From assembly GCA_046598315.1 (NCBI GenBank), contig JBKJIY010000079.1:4931-68930 (forward strand): a stretch of 64,000 nt of DNA. The letters run 5' to 3'. The DNA is from Gemmatimonadaceae bacterium. GTDB lineage: Bacteria; Gemmatimonadota; Gemmatimonadetes; Gemmatimonadales; Gemmatimonadaceae. Shown here piece by piece: positions 9,306 to 17,601 of this stretch (position 1 is its first letter; each line of letters begins with the position of its first letter). The notes under the pieces were generated by a model. The model saw only the letters and a list, made by a program, of their open reading frames with translations, was not told the origin of the DNA and made no database searches. The translations under genes were made by a program, and so were the position numbers.

Positions 9306-10151
9306 CTACTCCCGTCGCAGCGTGGCCTCGATGAGGCCGTAGGGCTCGGGAGCGGGGACGAAGATCTCGTTCGTGTTGGGGAGCCCGAACGGCGTGAGGT
9401 CCACCACGAGATGATGCCGGTTGGGCATCGTCAGGCGAATCTCGTCCATCGCGGCGCAGGCGTCCAGCGCTGCCTGGCCCATGGCATAGAGGGTATGCTG
9501 CACGGACTTGCTGTCGTGCTCGGAGAAGGCGGCGAGCATGGCGCGGCGCACGACGTCGAAGTGAGCGGCGGCGCCACTGGCATCACGGTATCTCCACTGC
9601 GCGGTGATGGAAGTGGCCAGAATGCGGTCCTCCGTCTCGCGTAGCGTCGTGTACCCATCGCGTGGGTAGCCGGTGAACGCCGACCGCGCCGATTTGAGCA
9701 CGACGAGCCCTTCGATTCCCGCGTGGACCACTGGCGCCTGCCCCCGCTCGAGGCGCACCGTCGCGGTGCGTGCCTCGCCGCCGGCATGCTCGAAGGCGTG
9801 GTCGTGCGCATCGGCTCCGCCAGGCAGCCGCCGCCAGCCGTGTTCCGCCACGCGTACGCGCGACACGCTCGCCGACGGGCTCGCGCCCAGAAAGTGCCTG
9901 GCAAGGACGAGCGCGAACTCTTCCGGCGCACCGAGCGCGTCCTCCGCGGCCCTTGCATATACGGTGTTCTTCATGGTGTCGGTGGGGAGCACGTCGCTGT
10001 TGTCCCCATCGCGATGCGCCCGCTCGAACGCGCCCTCCAGCGCGATGTCCACCGTGAGATCCCGGATCTCGTGTCGCGCACCGTGGCGAATGACCTTCAC
10101 CAGCCGCACCGCCGACTTGCCGTAGCTGTTGCTGGCCAGAACGACGCCCAT
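9306..10151 (-). CDS. uox: Cofactor-independent urate oxidase (uricase)
   Basis: 281 aa. The N-terminus NSYGKSAVRLVKV, the motif LPTDTMKNTVY and the two-T-fold length are typical of bacterial uricase. Pathway context supports the call. Confidence 0.9.
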   Translation of the reverse strand: MGVVLASNSYGKSAVRLVKVIRHGARHEIRDLTVDIALEGAFERAHRDGDNSDVLPTDTMKNTVYARAAEDALGAPEEFALVLARHFLGASPSASVSRVRVAEHGWRRLPGGADAHDHAFEHAGGEARTATVRLERGQAPVVHAGIEGLVVLKSARSAFTGYPRDGYTTLRETEDRILATSITAQWRYRDASGAAAHFDVVRRAMLAAFSEHDSKSVQHTLYAMGQAALDACAAMDEIRLTMPNRHHLVVDLTPFGLPNTNEIFVPAPEPYGLIEATLRRE

Positions 10152-10154
10152 CGG

Positions 10155-10511
10155 TCAGCTCCCCCGGTAGGTGGAGTAGCCGAAAGGGCTGAGCAGCAGC
10201 GGCACGTGATAGTGCTGCGCGCCAGGCGCCACATGAAAGCGGATGACGATCTCCTCGTAGAAGCTCTCGCGCATCGCGGTGGCGAAGTAGCTGCCGACGG
10301 AGAAGGTCAGCTCGTACGTTCCCGCCTCGAGCGCCGTGGCGGGGGGAACGAGCGCCACCACGCGCCCATCGGCGTCCGTCATCGCGCGGCCGATCACACC
10401 GCCGTCGTGCGGCGCGCCGGCGGCGCGCAGCACGACGGCGATTCCCGCGGCCGGCCGGCCGAGCGAGGTATCGAGAACGTGCGTGCTGATGGAATTCGTC
10501 GTGCCGGTCAT
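10155..10511 (-). CDS. uraH: 5-hydroxyisourate hydrolase (transthyretin-like)
   Basis: The ATG at 10511 gives a 118-aa product. ISTHVLDTSLGRPAAG and the diagnostic C-terminal YRGS tetrapeptide are present. Confidence 0.92.
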   Translation of the reverse strand: MTGTTNSISTHVLDTSLGRPAAGIAVVLRAAGAPHDGGVIGRAMTDADGRVVALVPPATALEAGTYELTFSVGSYFATAMRESFYEEIVIRFHVAPGAQHYHVPLLLSPFGYSTYRGS

Positions 10512-11035
10512 GGTCCGCCGTCCTCGTGAGGTACGATCAGCTTCTCGAGCCGAAGCCGGGTGATCTCGCACTGCTCCGCCGCGGCGATGCCGAGCTCGGT
10601 GACGCGATCGTGCGCCAGCCGCCGCTCGAGTGCGTCGAGTATCTCGCCGGCGCCACGTCCGGCCGCGCGGATGATGAAGACGAAGCCGAACTGGCTCTCG
10701 TACTGCGTGTTGAGGGCCACGAGCCGCCGCTGCATCGCGTCGGTGGCATCTCCCACCGCTGTCTGCTCGTCCGCAGACCACCCACGCGCGGCGTCAGGCA
10801 CGGGCGCGGCCGCGGCTCGCTCGCCGATGCGCGGGTGATGCGCGAACGCCTCCAGCCAGTCGGTCTCGTGCATCATGCCACTCACGTCGTCCGCGGTGCG
10901 CAGCAGGGCGGAGCGCGTGCCGAACGGCCGGCGCACGAGCATCGCCTCCACCCACGCGCGCGAGCCGCAGCAGGCGAGGAGCGCGTCTGCGGCCTCGTCG
11001 CGGGGCATGGCGTTCAACGTGGCGAGTGTGAGCAT
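10508..11035 (-). CDS. uraD: OHCU decarboxylase
   Basis: The ATG at 11035 gives a 175-aa product. Motifs CCGSRAWVEAM, AFAHHPRIGE and FGFVFIIRAAGR are present. It overlaps HIU hydrolase by 4 nt and the allantoicase stop by 1 nt. Confidence 0.88.
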   Translation of the reverse strand: MLTLATLNAMPRDEAADALLACCGSRAWVEAMLVRRPFGTRSALLRTADDVSGMMHETDWLEAFAHHPRIGERAAAAPVPDAARGWSADEQTAVGDATDAMQRRLVALNTQYESQFGFVFIIRAAGRGAGEILDALERRLAHDRVTELGIAAAEQCEITRLRLEKLIVPHEDGGP

Positions 11036-12039
11036 CAGGCGGTCGACGGCCGGCCGAACAGGCGCAGGCGCGCGACTCCGCCGTCGGGATAGATGTTGAG
11101 GCGCACATGCGTGGCCAGACCAGCGGCGCCGGCCACAGCGAACCGGTGTCGTGCGTGCGGCTGCAGCGGGGTGTGCGGCACGAGCGCCGTCCAGCGCACC
11201 GAGTCGCTGGCGAGTGCCTCGGCGGAGGCACCAGGCAGCTCGCAGCACTCCATCATGCACGACCCCGGCGCATTTCCCTTGTAGTGGTCGGTATCCAGCT
11301 CCACCCCCTCGATGGCGCCAGGTGCGCCGAGCTTCACGATGATCCAGTCGTGGCCCGGTCCGCGCCGGCGGCGGGTCTCCCAGCCGTTCCCCATGTGCGT
11401 GGAGCGCCCAGGCATGATGAGGTTCTGCCGGTGCCCGAAGAACATGTCGCTGCACAGCACGGCAAACCCGCCGTTCTCCACCGCCGCCAGGTCCACCAGC
11501 TCGCCACGCCGGTCGCCCCAGTCGGGCACCACGTCGCCATGCACGCGCAGCCGGGCGACGCCGCCATCCGGAAAGATGTTGAGCCGGAGGTGCGTCACCC
11601 GCTGCTCGTCGGTCACGGCGAAGGCATTGCGCGCGTCGCCGGCGAGCGTCGTCCCCAGCAGGATCTCGCGCCAGTCGGTCGTGTCGCTCGCCAGCTCCGC
11701 CAGTGAGGGAACACCGGGGAGCGAGCAGGCGTCGATGCTCGCGCGCTCGGGGAAATTGCCTCGGAAGAAGCTCGTGTCGATCACCACGCCGCGCACCACG
11801 CCGGCCGCGCCCAACCGCACGATGGCCCAGTCGTGGCCCGGCGTGCGGCGGCGGCGCGTCTCCCATCCGTCCATCCACTTGCCGCGCTCGGTGTACGCGC
11901 CCTCGCGCCACTCGGCCGGCGTCGCCTTGAGCAGCCCCTCTTTGGGCGCGAAGAACTCGTCGTTCGCCATCACGACCACTCCGCCAAGCTGCTCGGCGGC
12001 GAGATCGATCAACTCCGCGAAATCTGGTGATTCGCTCAT
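11035..12039 (-). CDS. alc: Allantoicase
   Basis: ATG at 12039 (MSESPDFAELIDLAAE). The duplicated allantoicase repeat appears as WMDGWETRRRR and GNGWETRRRRGPGHDW. Confidence 0.9.
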   Translation of the reverse strand: MSESPDFAELIDLAAEQLGGVVVMANDEFFAPKEGLLKATPAEWREGAYTERGKWMDGWETRRRRTPGHDWAIVRLGAAGVVRGVVIDTSFFRGNFPERASIDACSLPGVPSLAELASDTTDWREILLGTTLAGDARNAFAVTDEQRVTHLRLNIFPDGGVARLRVHGDVVPDWGDRRGELVDLAAVENGGFAVLCSDMFFGHRQNLIMPGRSTHMGNGWETRRRRGPGHDWIIVKLGAPGAIEGVELDTDHYKGNAPGSCMMECCELPGASAEALASDSVRWTALVPHTPLQPHARHRFAVAGAAGLATHVRLNIYPDGGVARLRLFGRPSTA

Positions 12040-12055
12040 GGTCGCCTGGAACCGG

Positions 12056-13390
12056 TCAGGTGAGGAGACGGCCGGTGGGGCCGCCGACGAACTGTCCTTC
12101 GCGATAGACGATCGCCCCCGCCACCACGGTGGCTTGCACCACCCCGTGCAGCACGAGCCCCTGGTACGGGGTGAGCGAATGCCGGTGCTGGAGCTGCGTA
12201 CCGTCCACGGTGAACGCCGCATCGGGGTCCCACACCACCAGGTCTGCGTCGAGGCCGGCGGCGATGCGTCCCTTGCGATGCGCCAGTCCAGCCAGCGCCG
12301 CGGGCGCGGCGCTCATCTTCTCGGCCATGATGCTCAGGCCAGCGCCGTGCTGGCGCGCCACGGTCCATGCAGCCGGGAGCGTCAACTGCAGCGAGGAAAT
12401 GCCGCCCCACGCCGCGAAGAAGTCACCGGTGTGGAGGGCCTTGAGCGCCGGCGGACAGGGAGAATGATCGGAGACGATCATCTCGATCCCCTCGCTCTGC
12501 ACCGCCTGCCAGAGCGCCTCGCGGTTGGCGCGGCCGCGAATGGGCGGAGCGCACTTGAATTGCGTGGCCCCATCGCCGATGTCCTCGGCGGCGAACGCCA
12601 GATAGTGAGGACAGGTCTCGGCGCTCACCCGCACTCCCCGCGCCCGCGACTCGGCCAGCAGCGGCAACGAGGCGCACGAGGTGAGGTGCACGATGTGCAC
12701 GCGTGCCCCGAACTCCTCGGCCAGACGCACCACGAGGCGCGCCGCCTCCGTCTCGGCCGCATCCGGACGCGAGGCCAGATAGGTGGCGTACGCGCGCACG
12801 TCGCCCTCGATGATGGTCTGCAGCTGCTCCGGCAGCTCCGCGTGCACCATGAGCGGCGCATCCAGTTCCGCGAGGATCGGGAGCGCCTCGCGCAGGTCCG
12901 GCTCGGCGACATGGCGAAACTCGTCCACGCCCGACGGCACGAGAAAGCACTTGAACAGGCGGACGCCGGCGGCATGGAGCGGCCGCAGCTCGCCGGCATT
13001 GCCGGGCACCACGCCGCCGGTGAAGCCCACGTTCACCCAGCATCGGTCTCGCGCCGCAGCGCGTTTCGCCTCGACGGCGGCCACGCTCGTGGTGGCGGGA
13101 ATGCTGTTGAGCGGCATGTCGAACAGTGTGGTGACGCCGCCCGCCGCCGCCGCGCGCGTGGCCGAGTCGAAGCCCTCCCAGTCGCTGCGACCCGGATCGT
13201 TCACGTGCACATGGGTATCCACGAGGCCCGGCATCAACGCATCGGTGCCCGCGTCGAAGGTCGCGTGACTGGAGGGAAAATCGCTCCAGTCGGACACCCG
13301 CGCGATCACGCCATCGCGCACATGGATGCTCGCGGCGCGCACTCCCTCGGGCAGCACGACGCGACGGCTGCGGATGACGAGCGCGTTCAT
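12056..13390 (-). CDS. allB: Allantoinase (cyclic amidohydrolase)
   Basis: ATG at 13390 (MNALVIRSRRVVLPEG). The metal motif LVDTHVHVNDPGR, FKCFL (carbamylated-Lys region) and VSDHSPC are present. Confidence 0.88.
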   Translation of the reverse strand: MNALVIRSRRVVLPEGVRAASIHVRDGVIARVSDWSDFPSSHATFDAGTDALMPGLVDTHVHVNDPGRSDWEGFDSATRAAAAGGVTTLFDMPLNSIPATTSVAAVEAKRAAARDRCWVNVGFTGGVVPGNAGELRPLHAAGVRLFKCFLVPSGVDEFRHVAEPDLREALPILAELDAPLMVHAELPEQLQTIIEGDVRAYATYLASRPDAAETEAARLVVRLAEEFGARVHIVHLTSCASLPLLAESRARGVRVSAETCPHYLAFAAEDIGDGATQFKCAPPIRGRANREALWQAVQSEGIEMIVSDHSPCPPALKALHTGDFFAAWGGISSLQLTLPAAWTVARQHGAGLSIMAEKMSAAPAALAGLAHRKGRIAAGLDADLVVWDPDAAFTVDGTQLQHRHSLTPYQGLVLHGVVQATVVAGAIVYREGQFVGGPTGRLLT

Positions 13391-13403
13391 CGGGTCGCGA
13401 CGC

Positions 13404-14222
13404 TCACGCGGTATCGGACCAGAAGCGCCGCAGCAGATTGCCGGCGACCTGGCGACGATACTCGGCGGTGGACCGGATGTCGTCGATCGGGGCGATCTCG
13501 CTGGCGAGCTCGCGCACCGCGTCATCGATGCTCCCCGAGGCCGCGAGCACCCCCTCGGTGCGCGGCAGGCGGATCACCGTGGCCGCGACGCTCCCCAGGG
13601 CGATGCGCGGTGCGGGCGCGCGCACGGCGGCCATCACGAGCTTGCTGATCGCCTGCGCCGCTCGCGTGCCGACTTTGCGGAACCATTGACGTCCCTCGAT
13701 GCGCGGAATCTCCACGCGCACGATCAGCTCGTCCGCGTCCATGACGGTCGCGCGATAGCCGGTGTAGAAATCCGCGAAGGCCACACGTCGCTCGCCCGCG
13801 ACGCTCCCCAGCACGATCGTCGCGCCGGCCGCTGCGAGCACGGGGAGCGCATCACCCGCCGGTGACCCATTGGCGATGTTGCCGCCGAGTGTGCCGCGGT
13901 TCTGGATCTGGATGCCGCCGATCATGCCCGCCGACGACACGAGCATCGGCACGCGCTGCGCCACGACCGGCGACGCGATGATGGACGTGTAGCTCGCCAG
14001 CGCACCGATGTGCAGCACGTCGTCGCGCACGTCGATCGTGCGCAGCGAGTCGAGGCCGCCGATGTCCACGAACCTGCGCGCCCGGAGCGTACCGAAATTC
14101 AGCCCCACGAACAGATCGGTGGCGCCGGCGATCGGCACGAGCGGCTCCGCATGCATCATCACGAGCGCTTCGTCCAGCGTGGCCGGCGTGCGGAGGGTGA
14201 GCGGGCTCGTCGCCGTCCTCAT
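13404..14222 (-). CDS. Xanthine dehydrogenase family, FAD-binding (medium) subunit
   Basis: The ATG at 14222 gives a 272-aa product. Motifs PIAGATDLFV and RGTLGGNIANGSPAGD are present. ATGA overlap with the Fe-S subunit gene. Confidence 0.85.
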   Translation of the reverse strand: MRTATSPLTLRTPATLDEALVMMHAEPLVPIAGATDLFVGLNFGTLRARRFVDIGGLDSLRTIDVRDDVLHIGALASYTSIIASPVVAQRVPMLVSSAGMIGGIQIQNRGTLGGNIANGSPAGDALPVLAAAGATIVLGSVAGERRVAFADFYTGYRATVMDADELIVRVEIPRIEGRQWFRKVGTRAAQAISKLVMAAVRAPAPRIALGSVAATVIRLPRTEGVLAASGSIDDAVRELASEIAPIDDIRSTAEYRRQVAGNLLRRFWSDTA

Positions 14223-14659
14223 GCCTCGTGCTCCTGGTTGGCGCGCTGGATGGCCCGATAGATCGCCTCGTAGCCGGTGCACCGGCAGAGGTTGCCCGCG
14301 AGGGCGACGCGGATCTCCTCGAGCGTCGCGTCCCTGCGCAGCGTGGAGGCCACCATGATCATCCCCGGCGTGCAGATGCCGCACTGCGCGCCCGCTTCGT
14401 TCATGAAGTGGTGCTGCAGCGCGTGGTCGTCGCCCAGTCCCTCGATGGTGCGGACATCGGCGTCGCGCACCTGGGCGAAGGGCACGAGACAGGAGACCAC
14501 CGCCTCGCCGTCTACGAGCACCGTGCACGCGCCGCACTCGCCCTCGCCGCACCCTTCCTTGGTGCCGGTCAGGCCGCAATCCTCGCGCAGCACGTCCAGA
14601 AGCCGCCGCATCGGATGCGCCTCGACGTCTGCGACCGCGCCGTTCAGCGTGAAGCGCAT
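14219..14659 (-). CDS. Xanthine dehydrogenase family, [2Fe-2S] (small) subunit
   Basis: 146 aa. Cysteine clusters GCGEGECGACTV and QCGICTPG...CRCTGY are present. Confidence 0.9.
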   Translation of the reverse strand: MRFTLNGAVADVEAHPMRRLLDVLREDCGLTGTKEGCGEGECGACTVLVDGEAVVSCLVPFAQVRDADVRTIEGLGDDHALQHHFMNEAGAQCGICTPGMIMVASTLRRDATLEEIRVALAGNLCRCTGYEAIYRAIQRANQEHEA

Positions 14660-16752
14660 GCGCTCATCACGAGTTCCGGCGTGGCGGGGATCTCCCTGAT
14701 GTCGATGCCGAGATGGCGGATGGCATTGACGACCGCAGGCGCCGGCCCATCCACGGGCAGCTCACCCAGCCCCTTGGCGCCATACGGGCCGTCAGCGTAC
14801 GGATTGTCCAGGATGACGATGTCCATCGTGGGCGTGTCGAGCGTGGTGGGGATGGTGTAGTTCGTGAGCGATGCGTTCGCCATGCCGCCATCCTTCATGA
14901 CCACGCGCTCGAGGAGGGCGAAGCCGAGCCCCTGCGCGCTGCCCCCTTCGATCTGTCCCCGTGCCAGCCCCGGATGGATCGCCCGTCCGAACTCCTGCAC
15001 CGCGGTGAAGTGCACTGGCCGCACCTCGTACGTGTCGGCGTCGAGCTCCACCTCCGCCACGTCGCATCCCCACGAGTAGGTCGCGTAGGCGTCGCCACGG
15101 TAGGCGTCCTCATCCCAGACGATCCAGGCTGGCGGGTCGTGCTGTTTGAGGATGGTGAGTGGACCGTGCCGTGCGAAGTACTCGGCGGGAGAGAGGGAGC
15201 CGAGCGTCGCGCGCATCTCCGTGGCGCAGCGCTCGAGGATCTTGCCCACCACCATGCACGTGCGGGAGGCCACAGTGGGGCCGCTGTCCGGCACGAGCAT
15301 GGTGTCCGGCTGCGCCACCTCGATCTGTTCGTACGGGACGCCAAGGGCATCGGACACGATCTGTGCGTGCATGGTGCGCGTGCCCTGTCCGATCTCCGTG
15401 CTGGCGACGAGGATGCGTACACCCGTGGCGGTGAGCTCGAGCGCCGCCTTGGATTCCAGCCGGTGCTCTCCGCTGCCCGTGAACCCGGCGCCGTGATAGA
15501 ACAGGGCGAGGCCGATGCCGCGGTTGGTGCCTCTGTATTCCTCGCGCTTGCGATGGAAGTCGGTCCGGGCGACGGCTTCGCGCAGCACGGCCAGCGCGCT
15601 GCAGTCCTCGGTGAGTGTCTGGCCAGTGGCCGTCGTATCCCCCGGACGAAGCGCATTGACCTCGCGCACCGCCACCGGGTCCATCCCGAGCGCATCGGCG
15701 ATGCGGTCCATGTGCGCCTCGATGGCGAACAGCGTCTGCGGCGCTCCGAAGCCGCGGAAGGCGCCGTTGGGCGGCGTGTTGGTGAACATGGCGCGGCCGC
15801 TGATGCGCACGTTGTCGCAGCGGTAGGGGCCGGCCGCATGGATGCTGCCGCGCGAGATCACGACGGGACTGAGCGTGACGTACGCGCCGCCGTCGATGAG
15901 GACGTCCACCTCCATCGCCACGAGCCGGCCGTCGCGCATGACGCCGGTGCGGTGCCGCACGATGGAGGGATGGCGCTTGGTGGTGGCGAGCATGTCCTCC
16001 GTGCGGTCGTAGATGATCTTGACCGGCGTGCCCGATTTCAGTGCCAGCAGCGTGGCGTGTCCGGCGATCATCGACGGGTATTCCTCCTTGCCGCCGAACC
16101 CGCCACCCGTCTCCGTCTGCACCACACGGATGTGCGCGTCCGGACCCAGGAGGCTGCGGAGTGCTTTCACGACATAGAAGGGGCACTGGATGGACCCATG
16201 GACCGCCACGCCATCCGCCTCGGGGATGGCGATCACCCCGTTGGGCTCGATGTACACATGCTCCTGGTGGCCCGTCCGGTACGTCGCGTCCACGACGACG
16301 TCGGCGGTCGCGAAGCCTTCCTCCAGGTTGCCCTTGTCGATGGAGAGGCCCTTGAGGAGTTGCGTGGAGCGCTCGACGTCGAGCAGTGGCTCTTCGGCGT
16401 CGTACTCGATGTGCACGCGAGCGGCGAGGAGCGTCTCCCGATCGGCGTGCGCGAGCAGGAGGATCGGTTCGGCGAGATGCCGGACCTCGTGCTCCGCCAG
16501 GAATGGCTGGTCGTATTCCACCAGCGCGACGATGTTCTTTCCCTGGGCGGGGATGTCGCGGTAGTCGACGATGGTGAAGCCGGACTGGTCGAAGTCGAGC
16601 GTTACCGACCTGATGCGCCCGCGCGCGATCGTCGAGCGGATCGTCCGGCCGAAGAGCATGCCGGGCCAGGCGAGATCGTCCGCATAGCGCGCACGGCCCG
16701 TGGCCTTTCCGATTCCATCCTTTCTCGCAACGCTTGTTCCGACGACGGGCAT
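14644..16752 (-). CDS. Xanthine dehydrogenase family, molybdopterin-binding (large) subunit
   Basis: ORF 14644..17256. The ATG at 16752 gives the canonical N-terminus MPVVGTSVARKDGIGKATGRARYADD. Motifs GGGFGGKE and FRGFGAPQ are present. It overlaps the small-subunit gene by 16 nt. Confidence 0.88.
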   Translation of the reverse strand: MPVVGTSVARKDGIGKATGRARYADDLAWPGMLFGRTIRSTIARGRIRSVTLDFDQSGFTIVDYRDIPAQGKNIVALVEYDQPFLAEHEVRHLAEPILLLAHADRETLLAARVHIEYDAEEPLLDVERSTQLLKGLSIDKGNLEEGFATADVVVDATYRTGHQEHVYIEPNGVIAIPEADGVAVHGSIQCPFYVVKALRSLLGPDAHIRVVQTETGGGFGGKEEYPSMIAGHATLLALKSGTPVKIIYDRTEDMLATTKRHPSIVRHRTGVMRDGRLVAMEVDVLIDGGAYVTLSPVVISRGSIHAAGPYRCDNVRISGRAMFTNTPPNGAFRGFGAPQTLFAIEAHMDRIADALGMDPVAVREVNALRPGDTTATGQTLTEDCSALAVLREAVARTDFHRKREEYRGTNRGIGLALFYHGAGFTGSGEHRLESKAALELTATGVRILVASTEIGQGTRTMHAQIVSDALGVPYEQIEVAQPDTMLVPDSGPTVASRTCMVVGKILERCATEMRATLGSLSPAEYFARHGPLTILKQHDPPAWIVWDEDAYRGDAYATYSWGCDVAEVELDADTYEVRPVHFTAVQEFGRAIHPGLARGQIEGGSAQGLGFALLERVVMKDGGMANASLTNYTIPTTLDTPTMDIVILDNPYADGPYGAKGLGELPVDGPAPAVVNAIRHLGIDIREIPATPELVMSACASR

Positions 16753-16831
16753 CGACGACTTCCTGAGGCTTCGGTTTGCGAAGATGCTCGGTGCGATCCA
16801 GCGTGGCAAGTGAACTGCGACGGGGCCTGAC

Positions 16832-16934
16832 AGCGGGAGGAGCGGATTCTCCGACTTGTACCGGAAACTGCCGAATCGATGCGCGACTGATCCGGCCGTT
16901 CTCGGTTCAATTCGTTTGATCCGCTCCTCACGCT
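16832..16934 (-). repeat. Copy E of the ~100-bp inverted-repeat intergenic element family, inverted relative to copies A, B and C
   Basis: Termini are agcgggaggagcggat (16832-16847) and atccgctcctcacgct (16919-16934), a 15/16 inverted repeat. The reverse complement aligns along its whole length with copy B, for example gaattgaaccgagaacggccggatc against gaaattgaatcgagacaggccggatc. Confidence 0.75.
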
Positions 16935-17024
16935 TTTGCCGTTGGTCCTTGAGCGACATGTGCTCGATGCGCCGACGCCGTAGGCGCACTTCCCCGCGCA
17001 CCTCGCTGCAACCATCTTCCCGCC

Positions 17025-17594
17025 ATGCCGAACTTCGACGTACGGGTGGACTATCCAGCGTGGGTGAACGAGGTGGTGGACTGGAATCGCCCCTACGCCA
17101 CGGACGAGGACCGCATGCGGCTGGCCATCGCCATGTCGCACGAGAACGTGGAGCGCGCGACGGGTGGACCGTTCGGGGCGGCCGTGTTCGAGGGCGCGAG
17201 CGGGCGACTCGTCGCCGTGGGCATGAACTCCGTTGTCCGCTTGAACAATTGCACACTGCACGGCGAGATGGTGGCGTTCATGATGGCGCAGCGCCGGCTC
17301 GGCTCCTTCACGCTGAGCGGCCCCGGCCTGCCGGTGCACGAGCTCTTCACCTCCTGCGAGCCGTGCGCCATGTGTCTCGGCGCGACACTCTGGAGCGGCG
17401 TGAAGCGTGTGGTGTACGGCGCGGGCCGCGAGGATGCGTCGCGCCTGAGCTTCGAGGAGGGGCCGGTCTTTCCCGAGTCGTACCGCTATCTCGAGGCGCG
17501 CGGGATCACCATCGTTCGCGACGTCCTGCGCACCGAGGCGCAGCAGGTCATGGAGCGCTACCGCTCGACCAGCGGACGGATCTACAACGGGTGA
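17025..17594 (+). CDS. guaD: CMP/dCMP-type zinc deaminase, probably guanine deaminase
   Basis: 189 aa. The zinc motifs HGEMVA and CEPCAMC are present. The gene is divergent from the xanthine dehydrogenase operon. The substrate is inferred from context. Confidence 0.75.
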   Translation: MPNFDVRVDYPAWVNEVVDWNRPYATDEDRMRLAIAMSHENVERATGGPFGAAVFEGASGRLVAVGMNSVVRLNNCTLHGEMVAFMMAQRRLGSFTLSGPGLPVHELFTSCEPCAMCLGATLWSGVKRVVYGAGREDASRLSFEEGPVFPESYRYLEARGITIVRDVLRTEAQQVMERYRSTSGRIYNG

Positions 17595-17601
17595 GGGTAC
17601 G

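Noticed and set aside
16895-16915. A tRNA T-arm-like string ggttcaattcg, with similar strings at about 51493 and 53250.
   Set aside because: There is no flanking acceptor, D or anticodon arm pairing. The 16.9-kb instance lies inside the inverted-repeat element.
16753-17024. A possible purine riboswitch or leader upstream of the xanthine dehydrogenase or guanine deaminase genes.
   Set aside because: I could not see the conserved purine-riboswitch junction sequences. The only strong structure is the repeat element, which also occurs at unrelated loci.
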